20,000 nucleotides of DNA, taken from the IMG/VR virus record IMGVR_UViG_3300044731_002410; one strand, 5' to 3'. The DNA comes from an uncultured virus (IMG/VR IMGVR_UViG_3300044731_002410). Lineage: Duplodnaviria; Heunggongvirae; Uroviricota; Caudoviricetes. The notes beneath the pieces are model-generated. The model did no database searches. It was not told the DNA's origin and saw nothing but the letters and a program-made list of their open reading frames with translations. Position numbers and translations under genes: made by a program. Position 1 is the stretch's first letter; every line of letters starts with the position of its first letter. This document shows positions 1 to 8,728 of this stretch, piece by piece.

Positions 1-229
1 TCACAGTCTTTGGGTTTGAGCGTGTGCTCTTGGCAATAACGCTGAGTCGATACCATCTTGTTGGGTTATCGGCTAAAAGCTCAATCACTTTGGCGGTGGT
101 TGAGCCCTTTAAGACGCGACCCGTGGGCGGTGCTCTATGCGTGTTGCGCCCAAACGCAAGAGGCGCACATTCACTGCGGCGCTTTGATGTGTGTTTGATC
201 AACTGCATCGCCATCCAGTGCGTACTCAT
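1..229 (-). CDS. Partial hypothetical protein, possible winged-helix DNA-binding domain (runs off the window)
   Basis: Not in the ORF track. ATG at 229 overlaps the RuvC-like stop (ATGA). Open frame MSTHWMAMQL...GSTTAKVIELLADNPTRWYRLSVIAKSTRSNPKTV continues to the window edge. Confidence 0.6.
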   Translation of the reverse strand, partial: MSTHWMAMQLIKHTSKRRSECAPLAFGRNTHRAPPTGRVLKGSTTAKVIELLADNPTRWYRLSVIAKSTRSNPKTV

Positions 230-765
230 ATGAGATCACCCTCGGCAAGCGCCCATTGCAAAAGGGCAAGTGCATCGGCTTCATTGTCATCTGACGGATC
301 AAAGCCTAATGCGCACATGGCATCGATCACGGCTTGCTTGCCTGCGTAGCCAATGCCTGTGGCGTGCTTTTTAATCGTACCGACTGCAACACCTTGCACA
401 GGGATATCGCGGCCTGCACACCAACTCAAAAGCTGCCCTTCAAATGCTCCGTACTTGTGAGCAGCAATTGTCCCTTTGTGGGCAAAGACCGCTTCGTAGT
501 ACACCGCATCGAAGCCTTGCACTTGCTCTTCAAGCTCGGTGAGCCAGCGCGCAAAGCGCCAAAAGGCAAGCCCTGGTGCTTCGTCTCGCGCAAGCTTAAA
601 GCTGCGTGATCCCGAGCGTATCGAACCAAAACCTGAAACGATTGCCCAACCGGTTTGTGTGCCCAGATCGATCGCTAAGATGTTGGGTGCGTGCAAGCCC
701 CAACTGAGGATCTGGCACTTAGGTGGGTTCGTGGATTGCGCACTTGCGCTCTCAAGGCATGACAT
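226..765 (-). CDS. RuvC-like Holliday junction resolvase (phage type)
   Basis: Motifs ILAIDLGTQTGWA, VYYEAV, GTIKKHATG and DDNEADALALL. Start placed at ATG 765 (GGAG upstream); the ORF is open to 912. Confidence 0.85.
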   Translation of the reverse strand: MSCLESASAQSTNPPKCQILSWGLHAPNILAIDLGTQTGWAIVSGFGSIRSGSRSFKLARDEAPGLAFWRFARWLTELEEQVQGFDAVYYEAVFAHKGTIAAHKYGAFEGQLLSWCAGRDIPVQGVAVGTIKKHATGIGYAGKQAVIDAMCALGFDPSDDNEADALALLQWALAEGDLI

Positions 766-922
766 GGGCTCCGCTCCATTCGCAGCTATTGCGACTTGGA
801 GGGGCACACGCTGCAAAGCGGCTTTGGCTTTGCGCTCACGCTGGCCCTTCAAATCAAAGACAGGATTTAAAACTTCCGCCTCAATTATCACGAACTGGCG
901 CATGCTTGCCAAGCGCGGACTT

Positions 923-1114
923 ATTTCAATACTTCATTCAAATCTCGCGAGTCACCCCTAGTGGATAGTTAATTCAATATTTCAATATTTAAACATCATA
1001 CTTAGAGAGGGATACACGCGTGTTGGCCTCTACCCTCTCAGGTTGAAGTATTGAATTATTGAATTAAGTACTTTGGGGGATGGGGTTGAAAGATTGAAGT
1101 ATTGAATTAAGTAC
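923..1114. repeat. Inverted/direct iteron-like repeat array (TTGAAnTATTGAATTAA) around a central palindrome; putative replication origin
   Basis: ttaattcaatatttcaa (969-985) is inverted relative to ttgaattattgaattaa (1051-1067) and ttgaagtattgaattaa (1094-1110). attgaattaagtac repeats at 1058 and 1101. Palindrome acacgcgtgt at 1014-1023. AT-rich and directly downstream of the primase gene. Confidence 0.65.
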
Positions 1115-1157
1115 CGCTTTCACCTTCAACCGCCGCTCAAGGCACTTACTTGAGCCT

Positions 1158-1212
1158 TAAGCACACCCAAGCGCTGTAAGCACCGCTAAGCGCTTAAAGC
1201 ACTCCCACAAGC
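1158..1212. repeat. Degenerate ~19-bp tandem repeat (alternating AAGCAC/AAGCGC)
   Basis: AAGC at 1159, 1169, 1178, 1188, 1197 and 1209. Confidence 0.5.
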
Positions 1213-1260
1213 TGTAAACCCGATCTTGAGCTTAAAGCCTGTGTCCCTACACTACCCGCA

Positions 1261-3618
1261 CTAAGTGAGTGCGCGCAGCCACACCGTCGGTCGTCCGACG
1301 GTTTGTCTTGATGTCAGCTCGATCTGACCCGATTCCACAAGCGCCTGAATCAGCGCATCGCGCTGGCGCAACTCCATAAACTGCGTCTTTCTGCAAAACT
1401 CCGAGCGCCTCATGCCGGCATCGCCTGCATCGCGCAAAAGCTTGAGCGCTCGTTTATGAAGCGATTCGGTCGCATTTTCAGACACACGCTCAGAGACTTC
1501 TCTGATCGTTTGCTCAGCACAGTGCCTTGTGAGCGCCACAGCCCAAAGCGCATCTTCCTCTTCAATGATCGGATCATCTGAGTCATTTGAAACTGCACGA
1601 ATCAGTGCAAGCTTTTGGGCATTTTCTTCAATGCGCGCAAGAATCGATGCATAGCCACTTTGCTTGGCCGCTCTAAGCTCTTGCACGATCTCAGTCTCAA
1701 GCAAATCAAAGACCGCTTGTGCAGCGCTTGATGCCGGCACCACATAAGGGTTTGGGGCAAGGTCTGAGGCATTGAGCATGCCGCATAGATTGGCATGCTT
1801 GGCAACGCCCTGGTTCATACGTTGTAAATCAGCAATCAGTGAGCCAGGCGCAATCACGTCGCCAAACGCTGGATTTGCATTGGGAAAGTCTTCTTCGCTT
1901 CGCAAGACCATGAATCGGGCAAGCGAGCCATCGCTCACATTGGCAGCTTGCAGTGCCTGCCAAAAATGCAGCGGTGTGGTCGTACCATAGACGCACACAC
2001 AAGGCTGATGGACTACCTTTTGTACATCGCGTGCAGCGCCACTTGCATATTCAATCCCAAAGTGCACAGAGCCCGAACTTGTGTAGAGCTCAGTGAGTTG
2101 GTCCACAATCTCTGTGAGATAGCGCGGTGAACGTTTGCGATCGGCAGCAGCTGCTAAGAACATCCCAAACTCATCAAGCTGAAAAAGCACTGAGGGCTGC
2201 CTTTGGACTGCTGCGATAAGACCAGAGCCTGAAGCGATCTTATTGCCACCCATGAGTGGTAGAAGACTGGCTTGCGTAAAAAGCTGCGTGATGACCGAGC
2301 GGCTATGGTTCTTGCCAGCACCACTTTCAGCAATACCGACGATATAAAGATTTGAGCGCGCGTTGGTTTTTGTCCGGTACTTGCGCCCCATAATGGCACC
2401 TAGTGCGCAAAGGCTTGCCCCAAGTGCAAGCACAGGCTGTGGGCGCTTAGCCGTTTTGGTCATGAGCGCCATCATTGCGCCAAGCACCCCACCCACTTGA
2501 TCCCAGCCTTTTGGCAGTGGCTTTGCAGGTGGCAGACCCGGCACATCATCGCGCACAAAGGAAGGCTCTGAGGTAATCCGATCAATCAAGGCCTTTGCAG
2601 GATGTAAACTTTGATCATCACCGCAAAGTGCAAGTGATTCATTAGGTACCCAACCGCGCTCGCGTGCAAGCTTATAGATCGTTCCAGCACCGATACGCGC
2701 TGGCCGCAATCCCTCCCAGGTGGTTTGGCTTGTGAGTTCATCGTGCTTTTGTGATTGCGCAGACCACGCCATAAAGATTGGATAGCCTTCACCATTCAGT
2801 GCACCCTTAATGGCAAGCCCCACCCTCACCCAACTGTCATAGTCAAGATCGTCATTGGGTAGGTGCAAAAGTGCACTTGATATCGCTTCAACGGTGCCGC
2901 GAAGCGATTGCGTCGATACGACTTGCGATGACACTACGGCATCAGCCGTTTGTGTCTCAGCGATCTGTGCAGCATCCAGTGATAAAGCAAGCGTCTTAGG
3001 CTTAAATGATGGCGGAAGACTCCCATAGGCTTCATCAAGAAAGCGGCGCGCCTGAGCCTCAGTGATCGCTGGCAGTGAGCTAAGCGCTAACTCGCTTAAA
3101 TCGTCGACAGGCCACTGATAAGGCGCACCAGTATCAGGGTGAATGCCATAAGCCACAAATTGCTGGCCAAGCCCTAAAACTTCGATAGGCTGGCGCTTAA
3201 AGCCTGCAAAAGGTATGTCTGCTCGATAAAGTAAAAGCCGCTTTGGCGCTCTTCCGATACGAATCGCATTCGTCACACCCAGGCGCTCAAAAGCAAGCGT
3301 TTGAATGCCCTTTGCAAGCGCCTCATCGGGCACATCAATATCAATAGCAATCACGTTACCCGTTGCAACGCCAATGGCAGCATCGGGCCATGTCGCCCAA
3401 ACATCAAGCTCATAGGCTGTCGTTTCGCGCATACCGTGGCGAGACCACTGCGGATAGTCAAACCACTGACCTTGTCGCATCATGCCTGGCTTTTTGGTGC
3501 CTGGCTGAATGGGCAAGATCCGATAGCCTGCATCAAGAAGCGCCTCACCGTAGCGGGCCATAAACTGAATGCTCATCGGCATTTTGTTGGGGGCGAGTAC
3601 TTCGGTGGTCACCATCAA
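1261..3618 (-). CDS. Bifunctional primase/polymerase (Prim-Pol) with PriCT-like domain and C-terminal P-loop (DUF3987-like) domain
   Basis: N-terminal GYRILPIQPGTKKP, IAIDID and QFVAYGIHPDTG. Middle DYDSWVRVGLAIK...WSAQSQK...GAGTIYKLARERGW (PriCT_2-like). Walker A/B-like AESGAGKN and LDEFG. Confidence 0.88.
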   Translation of the reverse strand: MMVTTEVLAPNKMPMSIQFMARYGEALLDAGYRILPIQPGTKKPGMMRQGQWFDYPQWSRHGMRETTAYELDVWATWPDAAIGVATGNVIAIDIDVPDEALAKGIQTLAFERLGVTNAIRIGRAPKRLLLYRADIPFAGFKRQPIEVLGLGQQFVAYGIHPDTGAPYQWPVDDLSELALSSLPAITEAQARRFLDEAYGSLPPSFKPKTLALSLDAAQIAETQTADAVVSSQVVSTQSLRGTVEAISSALLHLPNDDLDYDSWVRVGLAIKGALNGEGYPIFMAWSAQSQKHDELTSQTTWEGLRPARIGAGTIYKLARERGWVPNESLALCGDDQSLHPAKALIDRITSEPSFVRDDVPGLPPAKPLPKGWDQVGGVLGAMMALMTKTAKRPQPVLALGASLCALGAIMGRKYRTKTNARSNLYIVGIAESGAGKNHSRSVITQLFTQASLLPLMGGNKIASGSGLIAAVQRQPSVLFQLDEFGMFLAAAADRKRSPRYLTEIVDQLTELYTSSGSVHFGIEYASGAARDVQKVVHQPCVCVYGTTTPLHFWQALQAANVSDGSLARFMVLRSEEDFPNANPAFGDVIAPGSLIADLQRMNQGVAKHANLCGMLNASDLAPNPYVVPASSAAQAVFDLLETEIVQELRAAKQSGYASILARIEENAQKLALIRAVSNDSDDPIIEEEDALWAVALTRHCAEQTIREVSERVSENATESLHKRALKLLRDAGDAGMRRSEFCRKTQFMELRQRDALIQALVESGQIELTSRQTVGRPTVWLRALT

Positions 3619-4094
3619 AGCGCAGCCTTTAGGTCGTTGTGCTTTGATTGGGATGCTGCGTGCTGTTCGTTGCGCAACCCATCAGTAAAGCCTGTAACAA
3701 TCACATCAATCAAGGTGCACCACTCATCAAAGCTGTAGTGCTGAAGATCGGTCTTTTGGATCGACTCGATATATTGGCCAGCTTGCAAGCTCGCATGGCG
3801 AAGCGCAGCTTGCTCAAAACGGTTGGGATCAATCATGCCTTTTTCCTTTGCAGCAAGGTCCATACAGGTCATGGAGCAAAGCGCAAGGACCGGTGTGTCA
3901 AGCTCAGCGCTCGATGACATTGCAGGCGTATAGCCAAAGCCTCGTGCGAAGCGTCTGCAAATGGCGCATAGCTTTGACTTCTTGGGTGCTCGTCTGATGC
4001 GTGCCTCGCTCGCTTGAGCCTGGGCGAGTAAAAGATCGAGCTGCGATGCAAAAGCTTTTGTCTCCATCACTGACATATACGGGTCGAGACACAC
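3615..4094 (-). CDS. Conserved phage hypothetical protein (DUF6511-like, with Cys motifs)
   Basis: CAICRRFARGFG...CSMTC followed by MIDPNRFEQAAL...GQYIESIQKTDL...EW. Stop overlaps the primase start (ATGA-type). True start uncertain. Confidence 0.65.
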   Translation of the reverse strand: MCLDPYMSVMETKAFASQLDLLLAQAQASEARIRRAPKKSKLCAICRRFARGFGYTPAMSSSAELDTPVLALCSMTCMDLAAKEKGMIDPNRFEQAALRHASLQAGQYIESIQKTDLQHYSFDEWCTLIDVIVTGFTDGLRNEQHAASQSKHNDLKAAL

Positions 4095-4161
4095 AAAATG
4101 CTCAGGTTACTGAAAAGCATTGAAGCGTTTTAGCCCACAAACAATAGGCAGCGCTTCACTT

Positions 4162-4183
4162 CTATAGTACTTAGTGATACAGT
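4162..4183 (+). promoter_or_regulatory. Putative TA operator overlapping an extended -10 element
   Basis: Imperfect palindrome ctatagtacttagtgatacag containing TG-a-TACAGT (4175-4183), ending 5 nt before the toxin ATG. No Shine-Dalgarno. Confidence 0.45.
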
Positions 4184-4188
4184 AATCC

Positions 4189-4575
4189 ATGGAGCGTAGC
4201 TTTAAAGTCAAGACCTTCGAGCGTTGGATGCGCAAGGCAGGCCTTACCGATGCCATGCTTAGAGTTGCCGTTGAGGAGATGTCTAGAGGGCTTATTGACG
4301 CAAGCCTTGGTGGTCATCTTGTGAAAAAGCGTGTCGCAAGAACCGGTTATGGCAAACGCGGCGGTTACCGGACCATCGTGGCAAAGAAGGCAGGTCAACA
4401 CTGGTTTTTTCTATTTGGATTTCAGAAAAACGATCGCTCTAATATCGATCAATTAGAGCTTAGAGTGTTGCAAGAGATCGGCGAGACATTCCTTGCCTTT
4501 ACAGACGCTGAGCTTAAGCATGCACTACAACGTGGTGAGCTACTGGAGATCATTAATGACAACCAAAAAGACTAA
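4189..4575 (+). CDS. Type II toxin, RelE/HigB family
   Basis: FKVKTFERW...GLIDASLGGHLVKKRVAR..GKRGGYRTI...WFFLFGFQKNDRSNI. Toxin-first arrangement overlapping an HTH gene. Confidence 0.88.
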   Translation: MERSFKVKTFERWMRKAGLTDAMLRVAVEEMSRGLIDASLGGHLVKKRVARTGYGKRGGYRTIVAKKAGQHWFFLFGFQKNDRSNIDQLELRVLQEIGETFLAFTDAELKHALQRGELLEIINDNQKD

Positions 4576-4876
4576 GAGCAGGATCTTGCAAGAGATGCAC
4601 GAAACTGCAACGGGACTTGCGCAATCAGGCCTCATCACTAAGCGCCGTCTAGCTGAACTCGAAGCGCTTTGTCAGATCGATGTAGGCGAGATGTCAGCAC
4701 AACAAATCAAGTCACTTCGTGAATCCGTTCAGGTAAGCCAGGCGGTACTTGCGGCGATTTTGAATACGAGCGTATCGACGGTTCAAAAGTGGGAAATTGG
4801 GGATAAACGCCCAAGTGGTCCTTCACTTAAGCTCTTACACCTCATCGAACGCAAAGGCATTGAAGCTGTTTTGTAG
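4556..4876 (+). CDS. HigA-like antitoxin, XRE-family HTH
   Basis: IKSLRE..VSQAVLAAILNTSVSTVQKWEIGDKRPSGPSLKLL. ATG 4556 has GGAG upstream and overlaps the toxin 3' end. Confidence 0.88.
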   Translation: MTTKKTKSRILQEMHETATGLAQSGLITKRRLAELEALCQIDVGEMSAQQIKSLRESVQVSQAVLAAILNTSVSTVQKWEIGDKRPSGPSLKLLHLIERKGIEAVL

Positions 4877-4878
4877 CG

Positions 4879-5775
4879 TTAATGCTCAAGCGCTAATTGC
4901 TGCGTAAAACCATCTGCTAGCCTGTATGCTCCACAGCACTCACGTTGTGCTGCGCTGCTCAGTGGCTCGTCATGGGCAAGACAGTGCCAGCCGCCATCGA
5001 TGGGTTTAACATGTTCACAGCTTCGGCAAGAACGCTCTGGCGCTTGATGGCCGTGACAAATCTCGCGGTGATCACACCACTTACACTGATACCAGCTTGG
5101 GTCGTTGCTTAAGCGCTCAGGGGGGCTCGGTGCAAAGATCACACGCTTTGCCTTATCAAGAAGGCCCTTTGCAATGGCAGCGTCGTATCGAACACGTTCG
5201 ATATAAATATCATCTGTGTCTTTGTTAACGCCCACGTAGAGCGCATCTTGAAGTGCCATCAAATGCATGTAAATTTGCATTTGTGCAAAGTGCATGGGTT
5301 TTGAGATACGCACACCCTTGGCAAGAAGCTCACGAAAGCTTGATGCGCTATGGGTTTTAAATTCCAGCACATGCCAGTGCTCGGGATCTTCAATAAGGCC
5401 TAGGCCCAGCGCATCAAGCGACCCACCAAAGTGCCCCCCAATCGCACTGACCCGGTACTGCCTGCCAGTTTCTGGATCAACATCCAACACGGTTGCGCCC
5501 GTAGCACGCAAATTTTGAACAAGGCGCGCCTCTTCTCGCATCCCCGTCTCAAATAAGCGAAGCACCCTACCCTGATGGAGCGTTCGCTTTGCCCAGCGAA
5601 AGTCATACCAAAGCGCACGTTCACAATCTTTGCCAATGATCGATGCACCAAGATGCGCTCGAAAACCATGATCGGCTTGCCGCTCATAGGCTTGAAAGAT
5701 CGCCTCACGCGTTGATGCTGGTGACTTTACCCAGTGGATGGGCTTTTCTTGAATGGATGTATCGCTTGCTTCCAT
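4879..5775 (-). CDS. PD-(D/E)XK exonuclease, Cas4/AddB-like with Fe-S-type cysteines
   Basis: LGASIIGKDCERALWY, GSLD...LEFKT, QMQIYM and CKWCDHREIC. Confidence 0.82.
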   Translation of the reverse strand: MEASDTSIQEKPIHWVKSPASTREAIFQAYERQADHGFRAHLGASIIGKDCERALWYDFRWAKRTLHQGRVLRLFETGMREEARLVQNLRATGATVLDVDPETGRQYRVSAIGGHFGGSLDALGLGLIEDPEHWHVLEFKTHSASSFRELLAKGVRISKPMHFAQMQIYMHLMALQDALYVGVNKDTDDIYIERVRYDAAIAKGLLDKAKRVIFAPSPPERLSNDPSWYQCKWCDHREICHGHQAPERSCRSCEHVKPIDGGWHCLAHDEPLSSAAQRECCGAYRLADGFTQQLALEH

Positions 5776-6159
5776 TTAGATGAGCTCCTTTTGACGCTGA
5801 TCAGCCTTTTCATCAACGGCTTGCATCACATCGCGCCAAACCTCATCACCCACCTCACGCCTTAATGCTGAAAAAAGTGCCTTAAGGTATGAGGGGTGAG
5901 GCTCAAGTGATCGAAGCCTGGCAAGCTCAAGGCTTACCTCGGTCACTTCGCGCTGTTTAGCGCGAAGTGCCGTTTTGGCTCGATGAAAGCGGTCAGGATC
6001 TACACCAAGTCGTAGCGACTGCCTTCGTATATCGTTTGTAGCTAAGCGCAGTTTGATCGAAGCAATCTCATCGCGCAGCACAGCAAGGCGCTTGCGACAG
6101 GCCTCGGTCGTCTTTGGAAGTGCGCGGCTTTGGGGTCCCGTTAAGCTGTAATTTTCCAT
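5776..6159 (-). CDS. Hypothetical helical/coiled-coil phage protein
   Basis: 127-aa ORF tightly packed in the operon, overlapping the upstream gene and abutting the downstream gene. Confidence 0.65.
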   Translation of the reverse strand: MENYSLTGPQSRALPKTTEACRKRLAVLRDEIASIKLRLATNDIRRQSLRLGVDPDRFHRAKTALRAKQREVTEVSLELARLRSLEPHPSYLKALFSALRREVGDEVWRDVMQAVDEKADQRQKELI

Positions 6160-6713
6160 GGCATTGGATTGGCAGATTGGGGTTGATGGGCTTGAGCAGA
6201 TGCGGCTTGAGAAGCTGAGGCCTGAGCGCCAGCTACCGAGACCTCTTGAGCCACGCTTGCATGTGAAGCACTCAGTGGTGCTACCACTTGTTGGACCATC
6301 AGTGATCGGGGCACGACTGGCGCGGATCTTGCGAAATAGCGAAGCGTGTTGGTCTCGCCAAAGCCCGCTTGGGATTTAATCCCAACATCCAAAATAAAGG
6401 GGATGTTGTGCAGCTCACTGGTTTCACCAACACCAGCTCTACCCGTTGCTCGGCAAATCGAAGCAAGTGAGCGGTTTGCCATCTCAACGGCTTGAGGGCT
6501 GCGGTTAACAATATTGAGCCGATCAAAGATCTTGCGGCCTTGTTGTGGGCCATCAAGTACGAGCATCTCAAAAAGAATGTATTGACCCGAGCCTTCTTTG
6601 GTGGGCAATAAATCGCTGCTTACGATCTGTACGTTATAGCGCCCAGCGGGCACAAGCGATGTCGATGCACCAGGTGCAGTGGCTGGATCAAAGTACTGGG
6701 GTAACAGTGCCAT
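6141..6713 (-). CDS. DUF669-like protein (putative phage ssDNA-binding protein)
   Basis: VPAGRYNVQI..S...TKEGSGQY...GRKIFDRLN...AVEMA...LASICRA, with a low-complexity tail ending PMPWK. Follows an AAA ATPase. Confidence 0.75.
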   Translation of the reverse strand: MALLPQYFDPATAPGASTSLVPAGRYNVQIVSSDLLPTKEGSGQYILFEMLVLDGPQQGRKIFDRLNIVNRSPQAVEMANRSLASICRATGRAGVGETSELHNIPFILDVGIKSQAGFGETNTLRYFARSAPVVPRSLMVQQVVAPLSASHASVAQEVSVAGAQASASQAASAQAHQPQSANPMPWKITA

Positions 6714-6753
6714 GGTGAGTGTCCTTTACAAGTGTTTTAGAAATGAGTATGGG

Positions 6754-7659
6754 TTAAGCCATTGCAGCTGCGCGTGGTGCGACAGCTTTTGGGATAGGCA
6801 TTGATTTAGGCGCAGCAGTTGCACTTGCGGCCTGAGCACTCTGAGTTCTTGAACCGATACTTCCAAGCTCAATGGGTTGGCTATCAAGCTCGCTCTCATC
6901 GGCAAGCATTGCGCGTAAGCTTTGAGGCATGGCTTGCGCAAACGCATGCCAGGCAAGCGGGAGCTCAGCAGGCAAGTTATAGCGGTTCTTCGCTAAGTAA
7001 GCAGGCCTTTCACTGGTATGCATGCGCCGCTCGCCCGTGCCGACTGCACGCGTTGCCTTTTTATTAAAGCCCGCATCGGCTTTGGTGGTTGTGATGTGAT
7101 AGTTAGCAAATAGCACGACATCCGAGTGCTCTTGCAAAAGCGCTGCAGCCCTTGCATGAAGCTTCACTTGATAGCGATCGTAGGGATCGTGCTCGGGGCT
7201 TTCGAACCGCTTAATGTCGGTGTGACCAATCTGTACGATCGTCATGCCTAAATCATTGCGAAGTGCATTAATGCCTTCGACATACTCACGCCAAAGATTT
7301 AAGGCAACCACATAGCCTTTGCCGTAGCCTGGGTCTTCAATCGTATTCCAACCATTATCACGACAGGCTTTCGACCAAATCAGTGGCTCAAGCCAATCCA
7401 CCGAATCAATCACAAGCGTGCGAAAGTCATGAGGCTGTGAGTAAAGCGTGGCAAGCGCATCCATCACTTGCTCAAAGGTCTTAGCAAGCGGAAAGTGCGA
7501 AAACTGAAGCGTTCCCATGCCGTCCTCGGTGATGATGAACACGGGCTTGAGTGACTCTGCAGCAAAGGTCGTCTTTCCCACACCGGCCACGCCATGAATC
7601 AAAATGCGCGGTGCTTTGGGCGATTCGTTATGGATGATGTTTGCAATCGATAAGGCCAT
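6754..7659 (-). CDS. AAA-family ATPase (AAA_24/Sak4-like phage recombination protein)
   Basis: Walker A HGVAGVGKTT, Walker B TLVIDS, GYGKGY and LAKNRY. GAGGAG upstream of ATG 7659. Confidence 0.85.
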   Translation of the reverse strand: MALSIANIIHNESPKAPRILIHGVAGVGKTTFAAESLKPVFIITEDGMGTLQFSHFPLAKTFEQVMDALATLYSQPHDFRTLVIDSVDWLEPLIWSKACRDNGWNTIEDPGYGKGYVVALNLWREYVEGINALRNDLGMTIVQIGHTDIKRFESPEHDPYDRYQVKLHARAAALLQEHSDVVLFANYHITTTKADAGFNKKATRAVGTGERRMHTSERPAYLAKNRYNLPAELPLAWHAFAQAMPQSLRAMLADESELDSQPIELGSIGSRTQSAQAASATAAPKSMPIPKAVAPRAAAMA

Positions 7660-7666
7660 GATCGGT

Positions 7667-8248
7667 TTACTCCTCAATGTGATGGGTTAGCGTGTGGTGG
7701 TCATTACTTGCAAGCGATTGGGTTGCCCCAATGGGTTCAATCTCGTAGGTGGGCTTTGCCGCTTTCACCGTGCGTGCAGGCTCAAAGAGCTTTTTGATCG
7801 CAGGTGGCCAGGCCTGATAGCGGTGCTCTGGAATTTGATACGCCACATCAACAAAGTGCGTTGGGTCCTCGCCTTGAGCAAGCAGTTGCGCCACCGCATC
7901 TTTAAGTTTGGCCTGGTCATAGCTTGGCCGCTTGGCGAGCGTTGCAATCACGACATGATCGCCTTCAGTAAGACGCACCGTACCGGTGGTTTTTCCTGCG
8001 GCGATCCGCAATGCTTGTGCACGCAGCGCAAAGCGCTGATCCATGGCGCGATGAAGGATCCCTTCGTAGTGAGTAATAGAGCGCTTAATATGTGCGATGC
8101 GGTCACAAAGCGTTGCAAGATTTGCCATTGAAAGCGCACTCAGATCGGCTTGGGTTAAATCACCGATCCAATCAAGTAACTCACCTGGCATGGTGTGCAT
8201 GACCGCGCCTGGTGTAGCTTCAGAAACTACGGGTTTTGTATCGAACAT
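7667..8248 (-). CDS. Conserved phage hypothetical protein
   Basis: 193-aa ORF in the operon with GKTTGTVRL...YDQAKL...YQAWPPAIKKLFEPART, a pattern typical of genes preceding AAA_24 ATPases. Confidence 0.7.
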   Translation of the reverse strand: MFDTKPVVSEATPGAVMHTMPGELLDWIGDLTQADLSALSMANLATLCDRIAHIKRSITHYEGILHRAMDQRFALRAQALRIAAGKTTGTVRLTEGDHVVIATLAKRPSYDQAKLKDAVAQLLAQGEDPTHFVDVAYQIPEHRYQAWPPAIKKLFEPARTVKAAKPTYEIEPIGATQSLASNDHHTLTHHIEE

Positions 8249-8267
8249 GGTGCAGGTCTCCCGGGAT

Positions 8268-8660
8268 TCAGTGGATCGATTCCAAGGGGGTACGAGGTTC
8301 CGCTTCTCGTACCCGAATCAACAAGCCAGGAGCTTTCACGGACTGGACTGATCGAACTGCGATGTACTGATAGCGATTTATCGCATGCCGGTGGCTCAAG
8401 AGGTGAGCCAGTCCCAACTCCATGGCGATCCAGGCACGCTTGGCCACAGCATCCAGTGCTTGGCGTTGCGCTTTTGGCAACATTGAAAAGCTCTCTGAGC
8501 GGTCCACGAGCAGATGACCCTCGTGGTATTGGATCTGATCGCCAATGCAGGCCTCAGCAATCCAATCGCAAAAGGCAGCTTCAGTAAGCGGCTTAGGTGG
8601 GACCCAAATAGGGCCAAGAGGCATTGAGCGCATCAGTGCGCCTTCAACGAGAGCATTCAC
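8268..8660 (-). CDS. Conserved phage hypothetical protein (first gene of the replication operon)
   Basis: 130-aa ORF, GTG start with TAGGAG upstream; FCDWIAEA..GDQIQYHEGHLLVDR. Confidence 0.7.
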   Translation of the reverse strand: MNALVEGALMRSMPLGPIWVPPKPLTEAAFCDWIAEACIGDQIQYHEGHLLVDRSESFSMLPKAQRQALDAVAKRAWIAMELGLAHLLSHRHAINRYQYIAVRSVQSVKAPGLLIRVREAEPRTPLESIH

Positions 8661-8694
8661 TTTTTGGTTTCTCCTACAACATGGGGCTTTGATG

Positions 8695-8728
8695 ACATAT
8701 AGGGGTTTTGCGTTGGAAATGACTCAGG
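8695..8728 (-). promoter_or_regulatory. Bipartite promoter-like motif, copy B (CCTGAGTCA-N12-AACCCCTATATGT)
   Basis: Minus strand reads cctgagtca-tttccaacgcaa-aacccctatatgt. Its TGA is the sigma-like gene's stop codon. It points into the replication operon. Confidence 0.75.

Noticed and set aside
4879..5775. Cas4-like nuclease as evidence of a CRISPR-Cas system
   Set aside because: No repeat-spacer array or other cas genes are visible. The context is a phage recombination operon.
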